From Kofleriaceae bacterium (GTDB lineage Bacteria > Myxococcota_A > Polyangia > Haliangiales > Haliangiaceae): a DNA stretch of 42,047 nucleotides. Where the stretch lies: positions 1 through 42,047 of the forward strand of contig JBKJLC010000093.1 in assembly GCA_046597055.1 (NCBI GenBank), in the 5' to 3' direction. The position numbers and the translations under genes were made by a program. Positions 18,583-27,009 of this stretch are shown piece after piece. Numbering within the stretch: the first letter of the stretch is position 1; every line of letters starts with the position of its first letter. Under the pieces are notes generated by a model that saw only the letters and a list, made by a program, of their open reading frames with translations, had not been told where the DNA came from and did no database searches.

Positions 18583-19203
18583 ATGGAGCTCGCGGTCGGG
18601 GTCGCCGCCGTCGTCGCAATGGGCATGATCGCCGCGGTCCATGGCCGACGCGGCGGGGCCACCGCGGTCCGCTCGATCGCCGAGGCGGTCGAGGGCACGG
18701 TCTGCACGGTCCGCGGCACGGTGGTGCAGCTCCGCGACTCCGAGCTGCTGGTGTCGCCGATCAGCGGGCAGACCTGCGTGTACTACCGAGCGCTGGTGAC
18801 CCGCGGCGGCGAGCCCCCGATCCTGATCATGAGCGAGGAGCGCCGCACCGCGTTCGGGCTGGTCGACGGCACCGGCCGCGCGGTGATCGATCCGGCCGGC
18901 GCCATCCTCGAGCTGGTCGAGCGCCGCACCGGCATCGCCCTGACCCCGCGTCCGGAGCTGGTCGAGGAGCTGCGCGCGCACCATCTGCGCGAGCGGAGCG
19001 GCCGGCTGCGGTTCTCCGAGCGCGTGATCGGACCCGGCGACCAGGTCGCGATCACCGGTCACGCCCTGCGCGAGCCCGACCCAGACCCGACTCGCGCCGG
19101 CGCCAACTACCGCGAGGGCGCGACCACCCGGCTGCGCCTCAGCGGCTCCGCGCGGGTGCCGCTGGTGGTGCGCGATGTTCCCGGTGAGCCAACGCTGTCG
19201 TAG
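18583..19203 (+). CDS. Membrane-anchored GIDE-like domain protein
   Basis: N-terminal TM; LVSPISGQTCVYY...F.LVDGTGRAVIDP...RFSERVI.PGD.VAITG pattern. Confidence 0.6.
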   Translation: MELAVGVAAVVAMGMIAAVHGRRGGATAVRSIAEAVEGTVCTVRGTVVQLRDSELLVSPISGQTCVYYRALVTRGGEPPILIMSEERRTAFGLVDGTGRAVIDPAGAILELVERRTGIALTPRPELVEELRAHHLRERSGRLRFSERVIGPGDQVAITGHALREPDPDPTRAGANYREGATTRLRLSGSARVPLVVRDVPGEPTLS

Positions 19204-19271
19204 CGCGCGAGGCGCCGGAAGCGGCGCCGGCGGCCGGCCCCTGACGCGCCTTCTGCTAGCCTGGATCTTCG

Positions 19272-20306
19272 ATGGCCAAGCAACCGGCAACCAGGACGCG
19301 CGCGGGCGCTCGAGCGACGAAGCAGCAGCCGCCGGCGCGGAAGAAGGCCACGCCCGCGTCGAAGAAGGCCACGCCCGCGTCGAAGAAGGCCGCGCCCGCG
19401 TCGAAGAAGGCCACGCCCGCGTCGAAGAAGGCGGCCAAGAAGTCGGCGTCGAAGGCGTCGAAGGCGGCGCCCACGTCGAAGCGGGCGCCCATGGCAACGA
19501 AGGCGGCGCCAGCGGCAAAAAAGCCGCCCGCGGCGAAGCAGAAGGCGGGGCCAGCGGCGGTTGCGATGCGGACGCCCGCGACGAGCCGCCCGGCGGCTCC
19601 GCGTCGTGCGGCCTCGGCCGCGAAGCCGGCGCCGGCGCCGACGCACCAGCGGCTACCGAAGATCGAGGTGATCGGCGCCATGATGGTCGATGGCCGCCTG
19701 GTGATCGGCATGTCCGAGCCGGCAGCGGCGCCGGCCGCGCGCGCCGGGCTGCGGTCGTCGACGCTCGAGGATGGCCTGCGCCGGGACGGTCCCGGGGTCT
19801 GGATCCGCTCCGACCTGTTCTGGGCGCTCATCAGCAACCGCGACCAGGTCGAGCGCACCGACGTGATCGCCGGGCTGCTGGACTTCGCCCGGCCCGCGCT
19901 CGAGCACTCGCAGGTGCCCGAGGAGCTGGTCGCGTGGAGCGTCACGCTCGGCGACTGGCACGTCGTCTTCTACTTCTCGCTGCCCGCGCCGCCGGCCTGG
20001 CAGAAGGGCGAGCACTACCTGGAGACGTTCGGCGCGCTGCCGTCCTACTTCTATGTCGAGCGCGACCGACACCGCCCCGAAGACGACGTGCTGGTGGTCC
20101 ACGAGCGCAACCAGGAGCACCGGCTCCGCCAGATCAACGCGTCGCACTCCGACTTCCCCGGCGAGACGCCGTGGGGCTATCTCCAGCGCACCACCGGCCT
20201 CACGCTCGACGAGCTGGTCGCGGCGATCCCGAGCGGCGAGCCGACCTGGCTGATCCACGAGGGCGCGATCGTGTGGCAGCCGCCGCCGAGCGCGACGGTC
20301 AACTGA
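19272..20306 (+). CDS. Protein with histone-H1-like Lys/Ala/Pro N-terminal tail and unknown C-terminal domain
   Basis: (KKATPAS)x4 plus further KKAA/PAAK segments, then about 220 aa of globular, aromatic-rich sequence. Confidence 0.8.
   Translation: MAKQPATRTRAGARATKQQPPARKKATPASKKATPASKKAAPASKKATPASKKAAKKSASKASKAAPTSKRAPMATKAAPAAKKPPAAKQKAGPAAVAMRTPATSRPAAPRRAASAAKPAPAPTHQRLPKIEVIGAMMVDGRLVIGMSEPAAAPAARAGLRSSTLEDGLRRDGPGVWIRSDLFWALISNRDQVERTDVIAGLLDFARPALEHSQVPEELVAWSVTLGDWHVVFYFSLPAPPAWQKGEHYLETFGALPSYFYVERDRHRPEDDVLVVHERNQEHRLRQINASHSDFPGETPWGYLQRTTGLTLDELVAAIPSGEPTWLIHEGAIVWQPPPSATVN
19340..19432 (+). repeat. 21-bp coding tandem repeat, about 4.4 copies
   Basis: GAAGAAGGCCACGCCCGCGTC at 19340, 19361, 19382 (one mismatch) and 19403, partial copy at 19424. 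Confidence 0.95.
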
Positions 20307-20338
20307 GCAGGCGACCGGCGCCGCCGGTGGTCGCCGGG

Positions 20339-22231
20339 TCAGGCGGCCAGCGCGACGCGGTCGGTCTCGACCAGCAGGTAGAGCAGGCGCAAGAAGTTGG
20401 TGCGCGCGTCGGGTGAGCGCACCCGCGCCAGCAGCTCGGCCACCGACGACCGGCCGTCGCACAGGCCGAACACGCGGACCACCGCCTCGCCGAGGCCAAA
20501 CCCGCCGAGATCGCCGGCGGCCTGTGCGGTCGGCCGGCCGGTCGCGTAGGCCGCAGCCCACTCGTCGACGAACGCGACCTCGAGCGCGAGGGCACCCTTG
20601 CCGAGGATCAGGTAGGCGTCGAGGTGCAGCGGCTTGACCTGGAACGGGTTGGCCCGGCCGGGAAACCACCGATAGCGGCCCTTGGGCCAGGTGCAGACGT
20701 CGATCAGCTTCGCACCGACCTGGCTGGCGAGCAGGCGATACGCGTCGAGCGGCCGCACCAGGCCGAGCCCGACCAGGGTGTCGGCGAGCTTGTCGTTGAA
20801 GTGCGGCATCACCGCGAGCGCGCGTTGCATCGCGGCCGCGGTCACCACGCCCTGCGCGACCAGGTACTCGCCGAGGCGCTCGGTGTTGAGGTTCGACGAC
20901 ACGAACTGCGGGTGGCCGTCGTCGAGGTAGGCCTCCTTGAGGATGCCGGCCCGGCCCTCGAGCACGAGCAGCCCGGCCACCCGGTCGCGGGCCAGCCGGT
21001 GCAGCAGGCGGATCGGCGACACCGTCCGCAGGTCGCCGGTCTCGGCCGGCTGCGGTCGTGCGGCCGCGACGGTCACCGCGCTGGTGCTGGCGGGCGCCCC
21101 GACCTCGGGGAACACCCGCAGCTCCCTCGAGGGCTCGTCCTCGACCACGTGGGGAGCATCGGCGGCCTCGCCGGTGCCGGCGATGAACGCCATGCGCGCC
21201 ACCCGGCGGTCGTGCAGGGCGCGGGCCTTGCTAATCTGGGTCGCCGGCCCGCTCATCGTGCCGAGCTCCTCGTGGGCCACCGGCACGGCGGTCTCGTCGG
21301 GCGCGTTCGGCGCCGCCACCACGTGGGCGACGAAGCCGGCCATCTCGCGGGCATCGGGGCGGCCGTTGCCATGCAGCCAGGTGGTGAGCGCGTCGCGCAT
21401 CGCGGCCGCGCTGGCCCAGCGATTCTCGACCTTGCGCTGCAGCGCCTTCTCCGCGATCGCGCGCAGCTCGCCCGGCAGCTCGCCGCCGTACTGGTCGAGC
21501 CGCTCGAGGTTGGCGTCGCGGACCATCAGCAGGACGTCGAGGTCGGAGCTCGCGATGAACAGGCGGCGCGCGATCGCCATCTCGACCAGCATCGTGCCGG
21601 CGGCGAAGACGTCGCTACGGGCGTCGAGCTCGACGCCCGACACCTGCTCGGGCGACATGTAGCCGTACTTGCCCTTGAGCACGCCGGCCTCGGTCTTGTG
21701 GTTGCGCTCGATCGCGCGCGCGATCCCGAAGTCGGTCAGCTTCACGTCGCCGCGCCGCGAGATCAGGACGTTGCCCGGCGAGATGTCGCGGTGGATCAGC
21801 CCGAGCGGGCGGCCGTCGGTCGCGACCGCGTGGTGGGCGTAGTCGAGCGCGTCGAGCAGCTCGCGCGCGATCAGCGCGGCCAGCGCCACCGGCAGCCGGA
21901 GCTGCGTGCGCGCGCACTCGCGGAGCAGCGCGAGCACGTCGAGGCCATCGACGTACTGCATCACGATGTACGGCGTGTCGCCGTCGCTGCCGAGCTCGAA
22001 GACGCCCACGATGTTGGGGTGGTCGAGCTGCGCGGTCAGCCGGGCCTCGTCGATGAACATCTGCACGAAGGTCGGATCGGCGGCCAGGTGCGGCAGGATC
22101 TTCTTGATCACCACCAGCTTCTCGAAGCCGTGGTCGCCAGCGGCCTTGGCCTTGAACAGCTCGGCCATCCCGCCGACCGCCAGGCGCTCGAGCACCTGGT
22201 ACTTGCCGACCGTCCTTGGTGCCACGCCCAT
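20339..22231 (-). CDS. Hanks-type Ser/Thr protein kinase with C-terminal DUF4388-like domain
   Basis: LAVGGMAELF, VIKKI, HRDISPGNVL, DFG, GKYGYMSPEQ; C-terminal ETGDL...GLLVL...ERLGEYLV. Confidence 0.93.
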   Translation of the reverse strand: MGVAPRTVGKYQVLERLAVGGMAELFKAKAAGDHGFEKLVVIKKILPHLAADPTFVQMFIDEARLTAQLDHPNIVGVFELGSDGDTPYIVMQYVDGLDVLALLRECARTQLRLPVALAALIARELLDALDYAHHAVATDGRPLGLIHRDISPGNVLISRRGDVKLTDFGIARAIERNHKTEAGVLKGKYGYMSPEQVSGVELDARSDVFAAGTMLVEMAIARRLFIASSDLDVLLMVRDANLERLDQYGGELPGELRAIAEKALQRKVENRWASAAAMRDALTTWLHGNGRPDAREMAGFVAHVVAAPNAPDETAVPVAHEELGTMSGPATQISKARALHDRRVARMAFIAGTGEAADAPHVVEDEPSRELRVFPEVGAPASTSAVTVAAARPQPAETGDLRTVSPIRLLHRLARDRVAGLLVLEGRAGILKEAYLDDGHPQFVSSNLNTERLGEYLVAQGVVTAAAMQRALAVMPHFNDKLADTLVGLGLVRPLDAYRLLASQVGAKLIDVCTWPKGRYRWFPGRANPFQVKPLHLDAYLILGKGALALEVAFVDEWAAAYATGRPTAQAAGDLGGFGLGEAVVRVFGLCDGRSSVAELLARVRSPDARTNFLRLLYLLVETDRVALAA

Positions 22232-22383
22232 CGCCCCCGGAGTATACGTGGTGCCAGCTTGGCCGCGAGCGTGGTCGCCGTCGCGGTCTCGCTGGCAGCG
22301 GCGGCTGGGGCCGGTCACTGGCAAACGCGCGGGAGCGGTCGTGCGCGGCCTGGCACGCGTCGTGGATAGGGCTACCAGATGGA

Positions 22384-23175
22384 TCAGCCCTTGAAAACAT
22401 CCTTCCAGCGCCGGAGCGCGCCGAACACTGCGCCGGCATCGTCGGGCGCGATCGACGGATCGAAGGTGCGGGCGGCGGCGATCACCGCCGGCTGCTGGCT
22501 GCGCACGAACGGGTTGGTCGCGAGCTCGTCGGCGATGGTCGACGGGGTGGTGGCCTCGCCGCGGGCCCGGCGCGCGGCGACCTTTGCGATGCGCGCCGCG
22601 ATCGCCGGCGAGTCGGGCTCGACCGCGGCCGCGAAGCGGAGGTTGGACTCGGTGTACTCGTGGCCGAAGTAGACCTCGGTCTCGGGTGACAGCGCGGCCA
22701 GCCGGATCAGCGAGGTGCCCATCATCGCGGCGGTGCCCTCGAACAGGCGGCCGCAGCCGGCGGCGAACATGGTGTCGCCGGTGAACACGGCGGCACCGCC
22801 GTCGACCGTGACCCGGTAGCTGATCGCGCCGAGCGTGTGGCCGGGGTTGAAGATGATCCGCGCCCGGCAGTTCCCGAGCATGATCTCGTCAGCCTCGACC
22901 ACGGTGCGGGTGACGCCGGAGATCCGGTCATGGTCGTGCGCGTGCGCGACCACCTCGAGCCCCGGGAACGCCGCCAGCACACCCTTGATCCCACCGACGT
23001 GATCGGGGTGGTGGTGGGTCGCCCAGATCGCGGTCGGCGTGACGCCCTCCCGGCGCACCGCGGCGATCATCGGCTCGGCCTCGCCGGGGTCGATGAGCGC
23101 GGCCTGGCCGGTCGCCTCGCACACGAGCAGATAGGCGAAGTTGTCCTTGAGGCAGGGCACCGTGACGACGCGCAT
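22384..23175 (-). CDS. gloB: Hydroxyacylglutathione hydrolase (glyoxalase II)
   Basis: DNFAYL, THHHPDHVGG, PGHT, FTGDTMF.AGCGRLFEG, GHEYT.SNL.FA, E.ATNPF.R, LRRWKD. Confidence 0.95.
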   Translation of the reverse strand: MRVVTVPCLKDNFAYLLVCEATGQAALIDPGEAEPMIAAVRREGVTPTAIWATHHHPDHVGGIKGVLAAFPGLEVVAHAHDHDRISGVTRTVVEADEIMLGNCRARIIFNPGHTLGAISYRVTVDGGAAVFTGDTMFAAGCGRLFEGTAAMMGTSLIRLAALSPETEVYFGHEYTESNLRFAAAVEPDSPAIAARIAKVAARRARGEATTPSTIADELATNPFVRSQQPAVIAAARTFDPSIAPDDAGAVFGALRRWKDVFKG

Positions 23176-23181
23176 GCGCGC

Positions 23182-23201
23182 AGCCTACCCCGGGATATAG
23201 T
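23182..23201. promoter_or_regulatory. Back-to-back -10 elements (putative bidirectional leaderless promoter)
   Basis: TAGGCT on the minus strand (23187-23182) lies 6 nt before the gloB ATG. TATAGT on the plus strand (23196-23201) lies 7 nt before the dehydrogenase ATG. The intergenic gap is only 33 bp. Confidence 0.55.
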
Positions 23202-23208
23202 CCGCGGC

Positions 23209-24255
23209 ATGACGACGATGCGCGCGATGGTCCTGCGCGAGCACGGCGGACCCGAGGTGCTGCACGAGGCGCTGCTGCCGCGGCCCGAGCCGGGCCCGGG
23301 TGAGGTCCGGATCCGGATCGCCGCGGTCGCGCTCAACCACCTCGACCTGTGGGTGCGCCGCGGCGGCCCCGCGTTCCACGTCGAGTTTCCGCACCGGCTC
23401 GGCGCCGACATCGCCGGCACCATCGACGCGCTCGGCCCCGGCGTCGCCGGCGTCACCGTGGGCGCCCAGGCGGTGGTGCAGCCCGGGCTGTCGTGTGGCG
23501 TATGTGCGGCGTGCCTGGGCGGCCGCGACAACCTGTGCCGCCACTACCGGATCCTCGGCGAGAACGCCCAGGGTGGCTACGCCCAGTACCTGTGCGTGCC
23601 GCGCGCGAACATCGCGCCGTACCCGGGCGCGCTCGCCTTCACCGATGCCGCCGCGGCGATCCTCCCGTTCCTCACCGCCTGGCAGATGCTCGTCCGGAAG
23701 GCGGACATCGGGCCCGGCCAGACCGTGCTGATCCACGGCGGCGGCTCCGGCGTCGGGGTCGCCGCGATCCAGATCGCCCGCCTGTTCGGCGCGCACGTGA
23801 TCACCACGGTCGGCAGCGCGGCCAAGGTCGCGCCGGCCCGCGCGCTCGGCGCCCACGAGGTGATCGACTACACGACCACCGACTTCGCCGCCGAGGTCCG
23901 CCGGCTGACCGACAAGCGCGGCGTCGACGCCGTGATCGATCACGTCGGCGGCGACGGATTCGCCGCGTCGATCCGCGCGGTGCGGGTCGGCGGCCGGGTG
24001 GTGACCTGCGGCGCCACCGCCGGCTTCCACCCCGCGATCGATCTGCGCCACGTCTTCTTCCGCCAGGTCGAGATCCTGGGCTCGACCATGGGCAGCAAGG
24101 CCGACCTGCTCGAGGTCATCGGCCACCTCGCCGCGGGCCGGCTGCGCCCGGTGGTCCACGCGGTGCTGCCGCTGGCCGACGCCGCCGAGGCTCACCGCCT
24201 GCTCGAGGCGCGCGCCGCGTTCGGCAAGGTCGTGCTCGCGGTGCCGGCGAGCTGA
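23209..24255 (+). CDS. Zinc-binding (MDR) dehydrogenase / quinone oxidoreductase family
   Basis: ALNHLDLW, structural Zn motif CGVCAAC...C, GGGSGVG, GKVVL. Confidence 0.92.
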   Translation: MTTMRAMVLREHGGPEVLHEALLPRPEPGPGEVRIRIAAVALNHLDLWVRRGGPAFHVEFPHRLGADIAGTIDALGPGVAGVTVGAQAVVQPGLSCGVCAACLGGRDNLCRHYRILGENAQGGYAQYLCVPRANIAPYPGALAFTDAAAAILPFLTAWQMLVRKADIGPGQTVLIHGGGSGVGVAAIQIARLFGAHVITTVGSAAKVAPARALGAHEVIDYTTTDFAAEVRRLTDKRGVDAVIDHVGGDGFAASIRAVRVGGRVVTCGATAGFHPAIDLRHVFFRQVEILGSTMGSKADLLEVIGHLAAGRLRPVVHAVLPLADAAEAHRLLEARAAFGKVVLAVPAS

Positions 24256-24284
24256 TCGCCGCCCTCAGCCGCGCGGCTCGGCCA

Positions 24285-24734
24285 TCAGCGCGTGAGCGTG
24301 CCGGAGGTGGTTGCGCTGCCCTGATTGCCGCCGCGGGCGCGGCGGTCCCATCCTTCGGTCAGGTGGTAGGCGAGGGAGCCGTCCGCGGTCGCGCACACGG
24401 TGACCGCGTAGCTGCCGCTCGAGTCGTAGGTACTCGCGCGGGCGTTGGTGTCGTCGAGCGTGCCGTCCAGGCTGCTGACGGTGAGCGTGCAACCGTTGAC
24501 CTGGAAGGTCACCGGGCCCGAGGCCGCCGAGGTGGTCTGGGGCGTGGTCGAGGACTGGGACACCCGGGTCCCGGTCAGCTGCCAGCTGCCCGACAGGTCG
24601 AGCCCGTCGAGGCCATGGGGCACACACTGGGCGAACGCCGGTTCCGAGGTCCCGCACGATTCTTCCAACGAAGCGGAGCCACACGCCGCGGTCATCGCGG
24701 TCACCACGCTGATCAAGCCAAGAATAGAGCGCAT
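24285..24734 (-). CDS. Hypothetical lipoprotein (beta-rich)
   Basis: TAAC lipobox; DLSGSWQLTG; TAGGCT 6 nt upstream of the ATG. Confidence 0.75.
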   Translation of the reverse strand: MRSILGLISVVTAMTAACGSASLEESCGTSEPAFAQCVPHGLDGLDLSGSWQLTGTRVSQSSTTPQTTSAASGPVTFQVNGCTLTVSSLDGTLDDTNARASTYDSSGSYAVTVCATADGSLAYHLTEGWDRRARGGNQGSATTSGTLTR

Positions 24735-24844
24735 GCTTGCAGCCTACGTGGCGCCGCCCTCGACCTGCAGGGCAGCTAGCGGCACCGAGCGGCCAGTCGT
24801 GGCCGAGGTCACGCCGGTGGGATGGCCGCCCGCCCTGGGCGGGA

Positions 24845-25393
24845 CTACGGCCGGATGTCGCAGTTGGCGTCGGGCTCGGCCGGCAAGGGCGCGGTCGGGC
24901 CGGTCAGCAGCACGGTACCCAGCGTAGGGTTGGCCCCGCTGGCCGGCCGCGCACAGAACGAGTAGTCGTCCTCGGCCTCGAACACGACCATCGCGGTCAG
25001 GGTCTGGTCTACGACTCGCATCGGGGGGACGGTGGTGACCGCATCGGTCGGCACCGCGATGTTCAGCATGAACGGCGCCAGGGTCCCGTCGAGGTCGAAC
25101 GCGATGTCGGTGATCGAGGTCTCGGTGAACGGTGTGCTGTCGGCGAACCGGAGCACGTTCAGCGACAGGTCGAGGCTGCGGCTGTCGAGATCGAGCTTGG
25201 CCGAGCCGCGCAGCTTGATCGTGTCGTTGGTGATGGTGTCGGCCCTGATGCGATGGATCGCGATCAGGTACTCGCCGTCGAGCCGGGGCAGGTGGGCCTC
25301 GGCGTCCTCGATCCCGATGAACGTCTGGCACCCGGTCGCCGAGGTGGCGAGCACCGCGGCGAGCGCGAGCCAGGGGATCCGTGCCGTCGGCAT
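24845..25393 (-). CDS. Hypothetical lipoprotein
   Basis: ATGC lipobox. I chose the start at 25393 because TAAGAT lies 7 nt upstream; 25402 is an alternative. Confidence 0.75.
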   Translation of the reverse strand: MPTARIPWLALAAVLATSATGCQTFIGIEDAEAHLPRLDGEYLIAIHRIRADTITNDTIKLRGSAKLDLDSRSLDLSLNVLRFADSTPFTETSITDIAFDLDGTLAPFMLNIAVPTDAVTTVPPMRVVDQTLTAMVVFEAEDDYSFCARPASGANPTLGTVLLTGPTAPLPAEPDANCDIRP

Positions 25394-25475
25394 GACCACC
25401 ATCTTAGACCCGAATCCAGCGGCTCGCGCCGGTGCCCCGACGCCAGAACCGAGCGGGAGGTCCGCCGAAACGGAA

Positions 25476-25515
25476 CCGTTATAACGTTGACTTGTCTGTT
25501 ATCACGGACGACGAT
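25476..25515 (+). promoter_or_regulatory. Sigma70-like promoter of metX overlapped by an inverted repeat
   Basis: TTGACT (25487-25492), 17 bp, GACGAT (25510-25515). Inverted arms CCGTTATAAC (25476-25485) and GTTATCACGG (25498-25507). GGAGG RBS follows. Confidence 0.6.
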
Positions 25516-25539
25516 ACGCGCCGGTTACGGAGGAGCGCC

Positions 25540-26991
25540 ATGCCCGACAGCCACCGCATCGACCCTGCCGGACTCCCCATCGGGGCCCGGCCGCTGGTTC
25601 GCCTGACCGGCGACCCGCTCGGCTTCGAGCTGGTGCTGCCGCCGATCATGCTCGAGGGTGGCGGGCAGCTCGCCCACCACGTGGTGCGCGGCTGGCACTG
25701 GGGCCCGGCCGAGGACACGCCGATCGTCCGCGACCGCAGCTTCGCGCCGCGCACCGCCGCGTGGGAGCAGGTGTCGCGCGCGAGCGACGAGCTGGCCGCG
25801 CTGGTCCGGCGGGCGCCGCGGGGCGGCCCGCGGCTGTCGCCCGAGATCCCGACCGTGGTCGTCGTGCACGCGCTCACCGGCGACGCCCGTGCCGGCGGCG
25901 TCGGCGGCTGGTGGGAGCCGCTGATCGGGCCCGGCCAGCCCATCGATCCGTCGGAGGCGCGGGTGCTGTGCTTCAACCTGCTCGGCTCGTGTTACGGCAC
26001 GTCAGGCCCGGCCGACGGCAGCTTCCCGCGGCTGGCCGACGATCGGTTCCCGGCCGAGCTGTCGCCGACCCGCGGTGGCTTCCAGGTCCCGGCGGTGGAC
26101 CTGCCGGCGACCGTGACGACCTGGGATCAGGCCCGGTCGATCTTGCTCGCGCTCGACGCGCTCGGCATCGATCGGGTCGAACTGGTCACCGGTGGATCGC
26201 TGGGCGGCATGGTCGCGCTCGCGCTGGCCGCGCTGGCGCCCGAGCGGTTCGCGCGGGTGGTGCCGATCGCCGCGTGCGCGGCGGCGTCGAGCTGGATCCT
26301 GGCGTGGAACCACGTCAGCCGGCAGGCGATCCTCGCCGACCCCGGCTTCCCCGACCACGTCGGCCGCGGCCTCGAGCTGGCGCGCCAGCTCGCGATGATC
26401 ACCTATCGCGCCGAGGCCGGGCTCGAGCAGACCCAGGGCCGCCGCCAGGGCCTGTGGATCGAGGCGGACGACACCTGGTCGTCGCGCGCGCGCTACCGGA
26501 TCCAGACCTACCTCGAGCACCAGGGCAAGAAGCTGGCCGACCGCTTCGACGCGCGCGCCTACCTCGCGCTGATCGGGGCGATGGATCACCACGACCTCGC
26601 GCGCAAGCCGCCGCCGCCCGAGGCGGTCGAGAGCTGGCCCGCGCACGTCAGCGCGATGCCCGCGGCCACCGCCGCGCCGCGGGTCGCGCTCGCGCCGCCG
26701 CCGGCGTCGTGGGGCCTCGATCGCATCCGCGCCGCCACCCTCGCGCTCGCGATCGACAGCGACGCGCTGTACCTGCCGCGTCACTCGCAGTCGCTCGCCC
26801 GCGAGCTCGGCGCGCGCGGGGTGCCGGCCCGCCACGCCACCATCACGTCGCCCCACGGGCACGATGCGTTCCTGATCGAGTGGGAGCAGCTCGACGCTCA
26901 CCTCCGGGTCGCGCTCGGGCTGCCCGGTGGCCGGCGCCGCTGGGATCCGCGCAACGCCGGCGTGCCCGGCGTCCTGCGCGCGACCGTCTAG
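25540..26991 (+). CDS. metX: Homoserine O-acyltransferase (MetX family alpha/beta hydrolase)
   Basis: HALTGD, NLLGSCYGTSGP, GGSLGGM nucleophile, LARQLAMITYR, YL.HQG.K...RFD, DSDALY, HGHDAFL. Confidence 0.9.
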   Translation: MPDSHRIDPAGLPIGARPLVRLTGDPLGFELVLPPIMLEGGGQLAHHVVRGWHWGPAEDTPIVRDRSFAPRTAAWEQVSRASDELAALVRRAPRGGPRLSPEIPTVVVVHALTGDARAGGVGGWWEPLIGPGQPIDPSEARVLCFNLLGSCYGTSGPADGSFPRLADDRFPAELSPTRGGFQVPAVDLPATVTTWDQARSILLALDALGIDRVELVTGGSLGGMVALALAALAPERFARVVPIAACAAASSWILAWNHVSRQAILADPGFPDHVGRGLELARQLAMITYRAEAGLEQTQGRRQGLWIEADDTWSSRARYRIQTYLEHQGKKLADRFDARAYLALIGAMDHHDLARKPPPPEAVESWPAHVSAMPAATAAPRVALAPPPASWGLDRIRAATLALAIDSDALYLPRHSQSLARELGARGVPARHATITSPHGHDAFLIEWEQLDAHLRVALGLPGGRRRWDPRNAGVPGVLRATV

Positions 26992-27009
26992 AAAGGTAGG
27001 GTGCCGCCC

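Noticed and set aside
19340..19432. Possible CRISPR array
   Set aside because: Head-to-tail 21-bp units with no spacers, in frame within a CDS, and no cas genes.
22241..22257. Sigma54 promoter (TGGCAC) upstream of the Ser/Thr kinase
   Set aside because: The -12 GC is absent (reads TATAC). It is better explained as a TATACT -10 box.
25403..25539. SAM riboswitch upstream of metX
   Set aside because: No S-box core (e.g. ATC..GAG...GA.GG...GCAACC), and the predicted promoter leaves only about 20 nt of leader.
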